NCBI GenBank assembly: GCA_039586365.1
Contig: JBDHKN010000014.1
Coordinates: forward strand, 1-61,461
Reading direction: 5' to 3'
Length of the DNA: 61,461 nt
Source of the DNA: Gemmatimonadota bacterium
GTDB taxonomy: Bacteria; Gemmatimonadota; Gemmatimonadetes; Gemmatimonadales; GWC2-71-9
A program made the position numbers and the translations under genes. Positions 28,718 through 37,269 of the stretch are shown piece by piece (position 1 is the first letter of the stretch; every line of letters begins with the position of its first letter). The notes below the pieces were generated by a model that saw nothing but the letters and a program-made list of their open reading frames with translations, was not told the DNA's origin and ran no database searches.

Positions 28718-30763
28718 ATGCCCACCATGGATCGCCGCCGCTTCCTAGGCGGGCTGGCCGCCGGAACGACGGCCTGGGCGGCAACCGGAGCGATACCCCT
28801 GCCTTTGGGAGCCACCGGGGAACCGACCAACTCGAGCAGTGGCTCTACCCCCTCCCACCCGGCGGTGCGCCGCCAAACCGAGTTACTCGAGCCTGCATTC
28901 CGGCCCCTCCCCTTGGGTTCCGTCCGGCCCCGGGGGTGGCTGGCTCGCCAACTCCGCATCCAGGCCGATGGGCTGAGCGGGCATCTGGACGAGTTCTGGC
29001 CCGACGTGGGCGAGAGCCAGTGGTTCGGGGGCCAGGCAGAGGGCTGGGAACGGGCTCCCTACTGGCTTGACGGCGTCATTCCTCTGGCGTGGTCCCTGGG
29101 TGCCGTGGACCTGCAAGCGAAGGTTTCGGAGTACGTCACCACGATCGTCCGGCGGCAGCGCTCCGACGGCTGGTACGGTCCCTACCCTATTGATGCCGGG
29201 GCGCGCCCCTACGACCTGTGGGCCATCCTGTTGGCCAACAAAATGATGGTCCAGTACCACGACGCGACGGGAGATGAAGCCGTTCTCGGAGCCGTCGCGG
29301 CGAGCCTCAGGGCTCTGGCCGCCGGAGTCGAGCGCACTCCGCTCTACAACTGGGGCAGGTACCGCTGGTTCGAAGGTCTCATCCCCAGCTACTACCTGTA
29401 CGAGAGAACCGGTGAGGCCTGGCTGCTGGAGCTAGCTCGGCGTCTCGCAGAGCAGGGATTCGACTACGGTGAGTTTTACCGGGGTGAGGACGTGACCATT
29501 CCCACTCCCCGCAGGGGACTGTGGACCTGGGGAAAACACGTGGTCAACACGGGGATGGCGCTAAAGGCAGGAGCCTTGGCCTGGCGCCTGGAGGGATTGG
29601 ACGCGCACCGCAGCGAGCCGACCCGGATGCTCGCGCTGCTAGACCGCTATCACGGCCAGGCCACCGGGATGTTCACCGGAGACGAGTGCCTGGCAGGCAA
29701 GAATCCGGTGCAAGGCTCGGAACTGTGTGCCGTGGTGGAGTTCCTCTATTCCCTGGAGACAGCGCTCTCCGTTTTGGGAGATCCCACTATGGGAGACCGG
29801 TTGGAACGGGTGGCGTTCAACGCCCTCCCCGCCACGTTCACCCCCGACATGTGGGCCCACCAATACGACCAGCAAACCAACCAGGTACAATGCACCCTCA
29901 ACCCGGACCACATGTGGACCACCAACGGACCGGAGTCCAACCTCTACGGGCTGGAGCCGAACTACGGTTGCTGCACTTCCAACATGCATCAGGGCTGGCC
30001 CAAGCTAGCCGCCCATCTCTGGATGAAGACCCCGGATGAAGGGCTCGCAGCAGTTGCCTACGCTCCCAGCGAAGCCCGCTTCACCTCGCGGGGGGTGCCG
30101 GTCACGGTCTCTCTGGACAGCGATTACCCGTTCCGGGAGAGTCTGGCCCTCACCGTCTCGGCAGACGCCGCAGTCTCCTTCCCCCTGCTAATGCGGGTGC
30201 CGGCCTGGACCGATGGAGCCGTTCTCACCGTGGAAGGAGAGGGAGGGACACCCCTCAGCCCCGCGTGCTTCCATCGTATCGAGCGGGAGTGGCACGGCAC
30301 CACCCGGCTTTCGCTGCGCTTTCCCATGCGTCCCCGGGTGACTCTCCGCTACAACGAAGCAGCGGCGATCGAGCGCGGGCCTTTGGTCTACGCCCTCGAG
30401 CTGGCGGAGAGCTGGACCAGGATCAACGCCGACGTCCCGGGACGGGAGCTGCCCCACGGCGACTTCGAAGTGCGGCCCGACTCGCCCTGGAACTACGGCC
30501 TCTCGTTGCCCGAGGGAGAGCTGGAGGCTGGGATCCAATTCGCAGAGCGGCCGGTGGGTGAGCGCCCCTTCTCCCCGGAGGGAGCAGGAATGACGGCCCG
30601 GGCCGAGGGTCGGTTGCTACCCGACTGGAAGCTGGCCCACGGGTGGGCTGGAGAAGTCGCGCCGGGGCTACACGAATCTTCCGAGCCTCTGGAGGAGCTT
30701 ACCCTGATCCCCTACGGCTGCACCAACATCCGGGTGACCGAGTTCCCGCGCGTGAAAGGGTGA
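28718..30763 (+). CDS. Tat-exported GH127-family glycoside hydrolase (beta-L-arabinofuranosidase-like)
   Basis: DRRRFL Tat motif; HVVN, ELCAVVE, CCTSN, RGPLVYA, LIPYG. Confidence 0.88.
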   Translation: MPTMDRRRFLGGLAAGTTAWAATGAIPLPLGATGEPTNSSSGSTPSHPAVRRQTELLEPAFRPLPLGSVRPRGWLARQLRIQADGLSGHLDEFWPDVGESQWFGGQAEGWERAPYWLDGVIPLAWSLGAVDLQAKVSEYVTTIVRRQRSDGWYGPYPIDAGARPYDLWAILLANKMMVQYHDATGDEAVLGAVAASLRALAAGVERTPLYNWGRYRWFEGLIPSYYLYERTGEAWLLELARRLAEQGFDYGEFYRGEDVTIPTPRRGLWTWGKHVVNTGMALKAGALAWRLEGLDAHRSEPTRMLALLDRYHGQATGMFTGDECLAGKNPVQGSELCAVVEFLYSLETALSVLGDPTMGDRLERVAFNALPATFTPDMWAHQYDQQTNQVQCTLNPDHMWTTNGPESNLYGLEPNYGCCTSNMHQGWPKLAAHLWMKTPDEGLAAVAYAPSEARFTSRGVPVTVSLDSDYPFRESLALTVSADAAVSFPLLMRVPAWTDGAVLTVEGEGGTPLSPACFHRIEREWHGTTRLSLRFPMRPRVTLRYNEAAAIERGPLVYALELAESWTRINADVPGRELPHGDFEVRPDSPWNYGLSLPEGELEAGIQFAERPVGERPFSPEGAGMTARAEGRLLPDWKLAHGWAGEVAPGLHESSEPLEELTLIPYGCTNIRVTEFPRVKG

Positions 30764-30840
30764 GGTCTATCGGCTGCCGGGATGCAGGTGGGCGTGCCCG
30801 CGGCAACCAATAATTGTCGCGGAGCCCGTCCCCGGCCCAT

Positions 30841-30882
30841 TCTTCATTCGTCAATCGTCACTCGTCAATCGTCAATCGTCAA
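30841..30882 (+). repeat. Heptamer tandem repeat (TCGTCAA), about 6 units
   Basis: tcttcat tcgtcaa tcgtcac tcgtcaa tcgtcaa tcgtcaa. Confidence 0.9.
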
Positions 30883-30961
30883 TTCCATGGGTTTTCTTTC
30901 CCCCGTGCGTCTTAACAGATAGCAGTCGCCAGCAACCTTGCAGCTCACCGGAGGATGCTAC

Positions 30962-31492
30962 TTGCTGCCAGAGGCTGAACTGATTCGGATCTATCGCGAG
31001 CACACCGGCCCGCTCTACGCCTACGTGTCGCGTCGGGCCGCCGGTGATGCCGCCCTCGCGGAGGACATCGTGCAGGAGGCGTGGCTGCGCGCCGTAGCGA
31101 CTTGGCCGCACCGCGGTGCACCGGACCATCCGCGGGCGTGGTTGTTCCGAGTCGCGAGCAACCTGCTCGCAAGTCATTTCAGGGACAAGCGACCTCAGAC
31201 AGTCGATCCTGCCGAGCTTGCCCTCGAGGACGATCGATGTTGTCCAGAGACCCCATGGGCAGCGGCGCTGGTAGCTTGGGGTCTATCCCGCATGCGACGC
31301 CGGCAAGCCGCCTTGATCGAGGCCTTCTACTTCGAGGGCAAGAGCACGCGCGAGATCGCTACAGAGTGTGGCTTGTCTGAGCGCGCGGTCGAGGGCCGCT
31401 TGCGCCGGGCGCGACAGAACCTCGAACGACGCCTGAGACCGTACTTGAGTTCCGACGGAGGCTATCCACATGCACAGCAAGCACGAGCCTGA
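30962..31492 (+). CDS. ECF RNA polymerase sigma factor
   Basis: AEDIVQEAWLRA, AWLFRVASN, region 4 STREIA...ERAVEGRLRRAR; TTG start after GGAGG. Confidence 0.92.
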   Translation: MLPEAELIRIYREHTGPLYAYVSRRAAGDAALAEDIVQEAWLRAVATWPHRGAPDHPRAWLFRVASNLLASHFRDKRPQTVDPAELALEDDRCCPETPWAAALVAWGLSRMRRRQAALIEAFYFEGKSTREIATECGLSERAVEGRLRRARQNLERRLRPYLSSDGGYPHAQQARA

Positions 31493-32408
31493 TCCCGGTT
31501 TCGTGGCGAACCTGGAATGGCAGCTCACCCGCGAGCTGCGACGCGGCAATCGAGCGGGAGTCCCGCGACAGACAAACCACCGCATCCTAAAGACGGCCGG
31601 GCTGATCCTGGGCTCGGTCGCACTGGGTGCGGCGGCCATGGGTGCCTCGCAACAGCTGGGTGAGTCCTGGCGCAGGGAACTGCTGGAAGCTCGGCTGGAA
31701 GTGCAGCTGGAAATGGCCCGGCAGAGGATTCAGATGCAGCAGGTCGCTATCGGGCAGTCGCGGGAGCGGGTCGCGCAGGGCCTGCGTGACGACCGGGATC
31801 TTATACACCTGGAACTCCAGGTCGCCCAGGCAGAAGCCGACGCGAAGATCATGGGGCTGGAGTTGGAAGAGCTCCGGCGCTCGGGTCGGGAGCCGCTCGG
31901 CGAGTTATCCTCGCCCCTGGTCGATGGACGCGATTTCGTCAGCGAGAGAATTCAGGTTCGCCTGGAACTCGCGCGCCAGCACCTAGCTGTGTCACAGCGC
32001 GAGCGGGACGAGACTCAGCGGCAGGCGGCAGCCGGAGTAATCGATCAGCGAGAACTGCAGGCTCGAGACCTGGTGATCAGGCAGGTGGAGCTGCAGCTGG
32101 AGGCCCTGGCTCAACAACTCGAGACGCGCAGTGCCTATCTCGCGTCGGAGATCACCGCCGTGGAGGCCGAACTCCAGCTCCTCGAGGTGGAGGCCCAGAA
32201 TCGAATAGCGTTGCTGGACCAACAGTACGAACACTTCCAGCTGGAGCTGGAACGCGCCCGGAATCTCACCGACTCTGGCACCCTCAGCCCCGCGGTCACC
32301 ACCCAGATGCAGCTGCAGCTGGCGGAGATCGAAGCGCAACTGCGCCTGGCTCAGACGGAGCGGGAGATTCTACGACGTGAGCTGGAGAGGAGGGCGGCGC
32401 AGCGCTGA
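31470..32408 (+). CDS. Putative anti-sigma factor: short N-terminal domain, TM helix, long coiled coil
   Basis: Overlaps the sigma stop; TM GLILGSVALGAAAMGA; E/Q/L/R-rich helical C-terminus. Confidence 0.7.
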   Translation: MHSKHEPDPGFVANLEWQLTRELRRGNRAGVPRQTNHRILKTAGLILGSVALGAAAMGASQQLGESWRRELLEARLEVQLEMARQRIQMQQVAIGQSRERVAQGLRDDRDLIHLELQVAQAEADAKIMGLELEELRRSGREPLGELSSPLVDGRDFVSERIQVRLELARQHLAVSQRERDETQRQAAAGVIDQRELQARDLVIRQVELQLEALAQQLETRSAYLASEITAVEAELQLLEVEAQNRIALLDQQYEHFQLELERARNLTDSGTLSPAVTTQMQLQLAEIEAQLRLAQTEREILRRELERRAAQR

Positions 32409-32548
32409 CCTTACTGAGCTACACCAGCGCAAGCCAAGGCTCCGGTCCGACCGCGGCCGGAACCAGCGCCGAACTCTCACAGCGCCGACCATGCAAACAG
32501 CCTGCGGAGTCTCGCAGCCGGTTATCTGGGTTCCGGACCGTTCGCCAA

Positions 32549-32579
32549 CTGTCAATCGTCAGTCGACAATCATCAGTCG
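32549..32579 (+). repeat. Degenerate heptamer repeat related to 30841-30882
   Basis: ctgtcaa tcgtcag tcgacaa tcatcag tcg. Confidence 0.7.
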
Positions 32580-33148
32580 CCCGGAGCGCACTGGTCACCA
32601 AACAACGACACACCAGGGATCTCCAGCTCGCGCACCAAGGCCGTCAGCCACCGCGTCAGTTCCCTTGCTGCGGCGGATGTGTTTTGCCGCGGGTGAGTCC
32701 CTTCCTCTCGCAGCGTGAGCGGGACATACCGCGCCGATGGAGCGTCGTAGGCAAACGCCGTGAAGCCCAAGCCGCCGGCGTCATAGCAGACGATGTCGGA
32801 TTGGGAGAACTCTTCCTTGACCTTGCGGATGAGCGCGAAGCCCTCAACGAGGCTGGCGGGACTCACCTGGCCAACCGATCGTCGTCCCAGTGCGTACTTT
32901 TTGACCAGCTCGTCCTCCCGGATCGAGCGCTCGACCTCCGGCGCCCACGGCAGGTCCCCGCGGTCGTACACAACGATCTCACCCAGCCGATCGATGTAGA
33001 ACCCTTTCCACGTGACGCCCCAAGCGAAGTTCACATACTCGACCTCGAACAGGAATTCCTGCTCGATCTCGTCGACGGTTGCGGTGGGTGAACTGCTGCA
33101 CGCTGCGATCCCGCATGCGATGGTCAAGGCAAATCCAACACGCTTCAC
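32573..33148 (-). CDS. Hypothetical lipoprotein
   Basis: MKRVGFALTIACGIAAC lipobox; GAGGGG RBS. Confidence 0.8.
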   Translation of the reverse strand: MKRVGFALTIACGIAACSSSPTATVDEIEQEFLFEVEYVNFAWGVTWKGFYIDRLGEIVVYDRGDLPWAPEVERSIREDELVKKYALGRRSVGQVSPASLVEGFALIRKVKEEFSQSDIVCYDAGGLGFTAFAYDAPSARYVPLTLREEGTHPRQNTSAAARELTRWLTALVRELEIPGVSLFGDQCAPGD

Positions 33149-33346
33149 GGCAATCCCCTCTCGCTAGGTTCCGTGACTCATACCACGGCTGACGGCCGCG
33201 CGTCACATCCCGCTCATTGACATGGCACCTGCAGGGAAGAGGCACGTGACTTCGTGAACCGGCACGGAGTCGCACCACATGACTAAGTCACGGCCCGTCC
33301 GTCGGCAGCATGCAGAGGGAATGTCAGCGAGGTCACGCCGCCGGGC

Positions 33347-35491
33347 TCAAGGCCGGGGCCGGGGAATGAGGGGCAGGATTACATGCGACGGCCGCGACGC
33401 ATCGTGGAACACCCGCTGATGTGCTGCCACATATTGCGTCTCGAGTTCGTTATTGCCGCCGGTGTTGAGATTGCGGTCGTATTTGGGAAACGCGGCCGAC
33501 GCGACCGCGACCCGCAGCCGGTGCCCTTGCGGGATGACGATACCAGTGAACCAAAGATCGATGTCGTAGCGATAGACACTGTCGGGAGTGAGTAGCACTG
33601 GCCGGTCGAATCCCTGGCGGAAGCGAGCGCGGGCGATCCCGTCCTGGACGCGCAGCGCCCGCCCGTCCGGATAGACTTGGAGCAGCATTATGTGCCAATC
33701 GGTGTCGCGCGCGCTCGTGGCCGCCCACAGTGTGGCAGACATCGGACCGGTTATCTCGATCGCTTCGGAGAGCGGTGGCGTCGTGAATACTAGCACGTCC
33801 GAGCGCTCCGCCTGAACCGCTGAATAGTCCTCGTTGAGGTTGAGCTCGAGTTCGCGGGCATCCACCAGGTATGGCGTCGGATCGCCGGGGTCGTACGTGA
33901 ACGTGTCCGCCGGTTCCTCCCCTGGTGGCAACGTGTCGAGGAGGCCATCACCCACCGACGTGTTGGCCCGGCCTCCTGAATGCAGGTAGAAAGGGGTCCA
34001 ACTGGTGCGAGCGAGCGGCCATTCCCGTTCCTGGCGCCAACTATTTTCACCCATGATGAACAGATCGATGGGTGGCTCGCGGTCCACGCCGTTATCGATG
34101 CCCTTGAGGAAGTGGTCGAACCAGCGCAGCTGGAGCATCCTGTGATCGAGGCGAGCTAAGGGACCGAAGTCGCCGTTGACGTAGTCAATGCCCTTGTGCG
34201 CCCCGGGATCCATCACTATCCGCTGGAAGGGGTGGTGTGGCAACGTATCGAGCCCCACGTAGTTGCGGATCGTGCCGCGCGCGTCGTCATACCATCCGGC
34301 AATGCCAAGCACCGGCACGCGTACGTTGCCGAGCCGGCTCTCAATGCTGAGTCCGCACCAGTAGTCGTCCAGCTGCTGGTGCTCGAACCAATCGTCCCAG
34401 AATCTCGGTCGGGGGCACCCGGCGCGTTCGGCGGCCTCTACTACGGGCAGGTGATTGAAGGCAGTGACCACATCAACGTTGCTGATGTCGGAGAGTGTCT
34501 CGCGCTCGGCTGTTAGGCAGAGCCAGGGCACGATGGTCGGTGAGAATACCATGTCGATGTACGGCACGAGACGAATGGGATCCGCGGTTGCCACCACCGG
34601 CGCGATCGCAGCGAGGTGCGGTGGCGCAGCGATGGCAGCGTACCAGGCGTAGAGGCCCGGGTTGGAGCGGCCGATCATGCCGACGCGCCCGTTGCTGCCC
34701 GGCAACCCTGCCGCCCACTCGACAGCATCGTAGCCGTCACTCTCTTGCCCGGCGTTCATGTCGAGCACGCCACCCGAACCACCACGACCACGGACATCCT
34801 GCTTCACGTAGATGTAGCCGCGCGACGCCCAGAACACCCCAGCGGCTGAATCGACTCTGAGGTAAGGCGTCCGTTCCATCACGACGCCAAACGGGCCGGG
34901 CCCCAGGGGCTGCGCCACGAAGTTCATCAGGACGGTGCCGTCTCTCGCGTTCATCGGCACGGCCGGATCGATTGCCACGGAGTAGGTGGAATCGGAGACC
35001 GGAGGATCCCACAGGGGAAAGTCCGGCTCGTACACGGGAGACGACGTGCGCCGGACGAACCAGACGCGATCGCGGGGTTCGTCACCGCGGTACAACAGCC
35101 CGGCGATAGTGTCGCTGCCGAGGACCGCTCGGATCGAGGAGCCGCCAGCGAAGTCGAGGAACAGCGAATCGGCGGCGAGCCGGATCCCCTCGATCGACTC
35201 GAGCGGTGTGGCGCTCCGGCGGTGAAACCAGCTACCAGCGGCGTCTTCACCCTCGAAGTGGGCGATGCCGAACCGTCGCCGGGCCTCGAAGCCACCGCTG
35301 GGCGCGACGCCCACCATGCGGTAGTAGTCCCAGTCGCCAGAGAGCAACGTGGAGCTGCGCGCCAGATCTTGCGCTGGTCCGCCGCAGGCTGCCGTCGCGC
35401 AGATCACAAGCCCGACCACCAAGCGAACGGAAGGTTGGACACCAGATCCGAATTGCGGGAAGCTCACTGTATGTCTCCTCGTGTAAGCCAC
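33347..35491 (-). CDS. CocE/NonD family serine hydrolase, probable lipoprotein with extra N-terminal domain
   Basis: ARDG..L, RTPY, DVRGRGGS.G, GMIGRSNPG, GWYD, PepX-C-type domain; TAAC lipobox; GGAGGA RBS. Confidence 0.92.
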   Translation of the reverse strand: MAYTRRHTVSFPQFGSGVQPSVRLVVGLVICATAACGGPAQDLARSSTLLSGDWDYYRMVGVAPSGGFEARRRFGIAHFEGEDAAGSWFHRRSATPLESIEGIRLAADSLFLDFAGGSSIRAVLGSDTIAGLLYRGDEPRDRVWFVRRTSSPVYEPDFPLWDPPVSDSTYSVAIDPAVPMNARDGTVLMNFVAQPLGPGPFGVVMERTPYLRVDSAAGVFWASRGYIYVKQDVRGRGGSGGVLDMNAGQESDGYDAVEWAAGLPGSNGRVGMIGRSNPGLYAWYAAIAAPPHLAAIAPVVATADPIRLVPYIDMVFSPTIVPWLCLTAERETLSDISNVDVVTAFNHLPVVEAAERAGCPRPRFWDDWFEHQQLDDYWCGLSIESRLGNVRVPVLGIAGWYDDARGTIRNYVGLDTLPHHPFQRIVMDPGAHKGIDYVNGDFGPLARLDHRMLQLRWFDHFLKGIDNGVDREPPIDLFIMGENSWRQEREWPLARTSWTPFYLHSGGRANTSVGDGLLDTLPPGEEPADTFTYDPGDPTPYLVDARELELNLNEDYSAVQAERSDVLVFTTPPLSEAIEITGPMSATLWAATSARDTDWHIMLLQVYPDGRALRVQDGIARARFRQGFDRPVLLTPDSVYRYDIDLWFTGIVIPQGHRLRVAVASAAFPKYDRNLNTGGNNELETQYVAAHQRVFHDASRPSHVILPLIPRPRP

Positions 35492-35645
35492 ACTGATCCT
35501 CCTCCGAATCTAGCATGGAGCGGATACGCAGCAACGCAACCACAGTGCTTCGCATCAGGGTAAGTCCGCCGTGTTCGGAGAGAGAACTCTGATTGGGGTG
35601 GAACCCCGGTAGACCGCGCAGTGGAGTGGAACCAGCCCCACCGTA

Positions 35646-35719
35646 CGCGCCCGGAGGGACTCGAACCCCCAGCCCTCAGATCCGAAGTCTGATGCTCTAT
35701 CCAATTGAGCTACGGGCGC
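35646..35719 (-). tRNA. tRNA-Arg, anticodon UCG, CCA not encoded
   Basis: GCGCCCG acceptor stem, D arm GCTCAATTGGATAGAGC, anticodon arm TCAGA-CTTCGGA-TCTGA, T loop TTCGAGT. Confidence 0.96.
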
Positions 35720-35859
35720 GGAACTTCACAGTCTAAGCAGTCTTCCAACCAGGCACCACCCTCACCGCACAGCGCCTTCATCAGCTAGAATGGCGAGGAA
35801 AACACAGAAACGAATGGCGGCGAGGAATAGTATCTCGTTCGGAGCCACGTGACTGAGTA

Positions 35860-36735
35860 CTACTGACTCAGCGATTGGTAGATCGTGTCGATCCAGTAGT
35901 CGGTGGTGATCCAATCGTACAGTCGGCTGTTCCAGGATCTCCATTCGTGCAACAGGTCCTCCCGCTGCATCGCCTCGGCGGTCTGTCCAGCATCCATGGC
36001 GTGCCGCACGAGATCGACGGTCTGTACGACCATGGCGTGATACTGCTTCAACTCCAGCATGGTGTAGTCGCGTCCGTGGGCGGACAGAAACCGAGTGTCG
36101 TCCGGAAACTGCTCGATGATGTGTGCGAGGACTCGAGCTAGTGGTACCACCCCCACCTCCTGCCCGTACTCGAGCCAGACGACGGGGAAGGTCTCGGGCA
36201 CTATGATGTCGCCCAGATAAACGATGCCCGAGCGAGACAGATGTGCGATGATGTCGCCGTTCGTGTGCCCTCCCGGCATGGCGATCAACTCGAGTCGGTC
36301 TGAACCGCAGCTGAGCCTCAGCGTATCGGTGAACGTTACGGCGGGGAGACCGGATGCCGGGAACCCTTCCTGTTCGGCCAGAGCGCGCCTGCAGTTTTCG
36401 TGAGAGAGGATCGTACTCTCCACTCCCAAGAGAGCGTTCCCGCCCGTGTGGTCCCTGTCCGCGTGCGTGTTGATCAGGAAGTCGATCCGAGTGACTCCCA
36501 ACTGCTCCAGCTGTGACGCGAGTTGGGTTGCGGTCTCTTCAAACCCGGAATCGAACAGCACGACCGTGTCACCACAGCGCAACACAACCACGTTCACGTA
36601 TCCGGCGACCCAGAGCTTCGTGAGCTGATCGTCGAATCGAGTCACTGCGATTTCCGGTAGTTGCGCTTGGGCCAAGGCTGATCCCCCGGTGACCATCGCG
36701 AGTGCAAGACCGCTTATCAGGATACCTGTCTTCAT
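35860..36735 (-). CDS. Exported MBL-fold metallo-hydrolase (cyclase-like)
   Basis: Signal peptide (ALA-QA), THADRDHTGGN, GHTNGD, YLGD, SAHG. Confidence 0.88.
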   Translation of the reverse strand: MKTGILISGLALAMVTGGSALAQAQLPEIAVTRFDDQLTKLWVAGYVNVVVLRCGDTVVLFDSGFEETATQLASQLEQLGVTRIDFLINTHADRDHTGGNALLGVESTILSHENCRRALAEQEGFPASGLPAVTFTDTLRLSCGSDRLELIAMPGGHTNGDIIAHLSRSGIVYLGDIIVPETFPVVWLEYGQEVGVVPLARVLAHIIEQFPDDTRFLSAHGRDYTMLELKQYHAMVVQTVDLVRHAMDAGQTAEAMQREDLLHEWRSWNSRLYDWITTDYWIDTIYQSLSQ

Positions 36736-36863
36736 GCTTGGCGAGCTTCCGTAAGGCACGGCAACCCATCCTATATGTATACGCCATGGTCATGTGTCAA
36801 CGCCGCTGGGCCTGTAAATGCAGCTCGGCGACTGCAGCTTGGCGGCCTGAACGGTGCACGCCA

Positions 36864-36928
36864 TCACTAACATTGTTATTGACTGCAACGATCTGCCGCA
36901 TTATAGTGTCTCACTAACAGTGTTAGTG
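36864..36928 (+). promoter_or_regulatory. Sigma70-type promoter bracketed by two palindromic operators
   Basis: TTGACT (36879)-N17-TATAGT (36902); TCACTAACATTGTTATTGA overlaps the -35; perfect CACTAACA-G-TGTTAGTG at 36912-36928. Confidence 0.85.
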
Positions 36929-36939
36929 GGAGTCCGAAG

Positions 36940-37269
36940 ATGGCCAAGGAGATACTCGGCGAGTTCGAACATCAGGTGTTGCTGGCGATTCTGCGCCTGG
37001 GTGGGGAAGCGTACAGCGTAGCGATCGTCGTGGAGCTGGAGGAGCGCACCGGGCGCGAAGTCGCTCAGGCTGCGGTCTTCATCGTGTTGCGCAGGCTGGA
37101 GGAGAAGGGTCTCCTGACCTCCCGCATGGATGACCACGCCACCCACGACACGGGCAGGGTGCGGCGCTACTTCAAGCCGACACCGGAGGCCCTGCGCCGC
37201 CTCAAGGAATCCCGTCGCACTCTGGCGCGGTTGTGGGAGGGGCTGGAGACCACCCTGGAGGAGGCGTGA
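36940..37269 (+). CDS. PadR family transcriptional regulator
   Basis: LGEFEHQVLLA...LEERTGREV...LRRLEEKG...GRVRRYF. Confidence 0.93.
   Translation: MAKEILGEFEHQVLLAILRLGGEAYSVAIVVELEERTGREVAQAAVFIVLRRLEEKGLLTSRMDDHATHDTGRVRRYFKPTPEALRRLKESRRTLARLWEGLETTLEEA

Noticed and set aside
33170..33340. Cluster of GTGAC/GTCAC motifs as a regulatory array or ncRNA
   Set aside because: Irregular spacing and no recognisable RNA family.
1..35645. Intact genomic island integrated at tRNA-Arg
   Set aside because: No integrase and no att duplication seen in the window.
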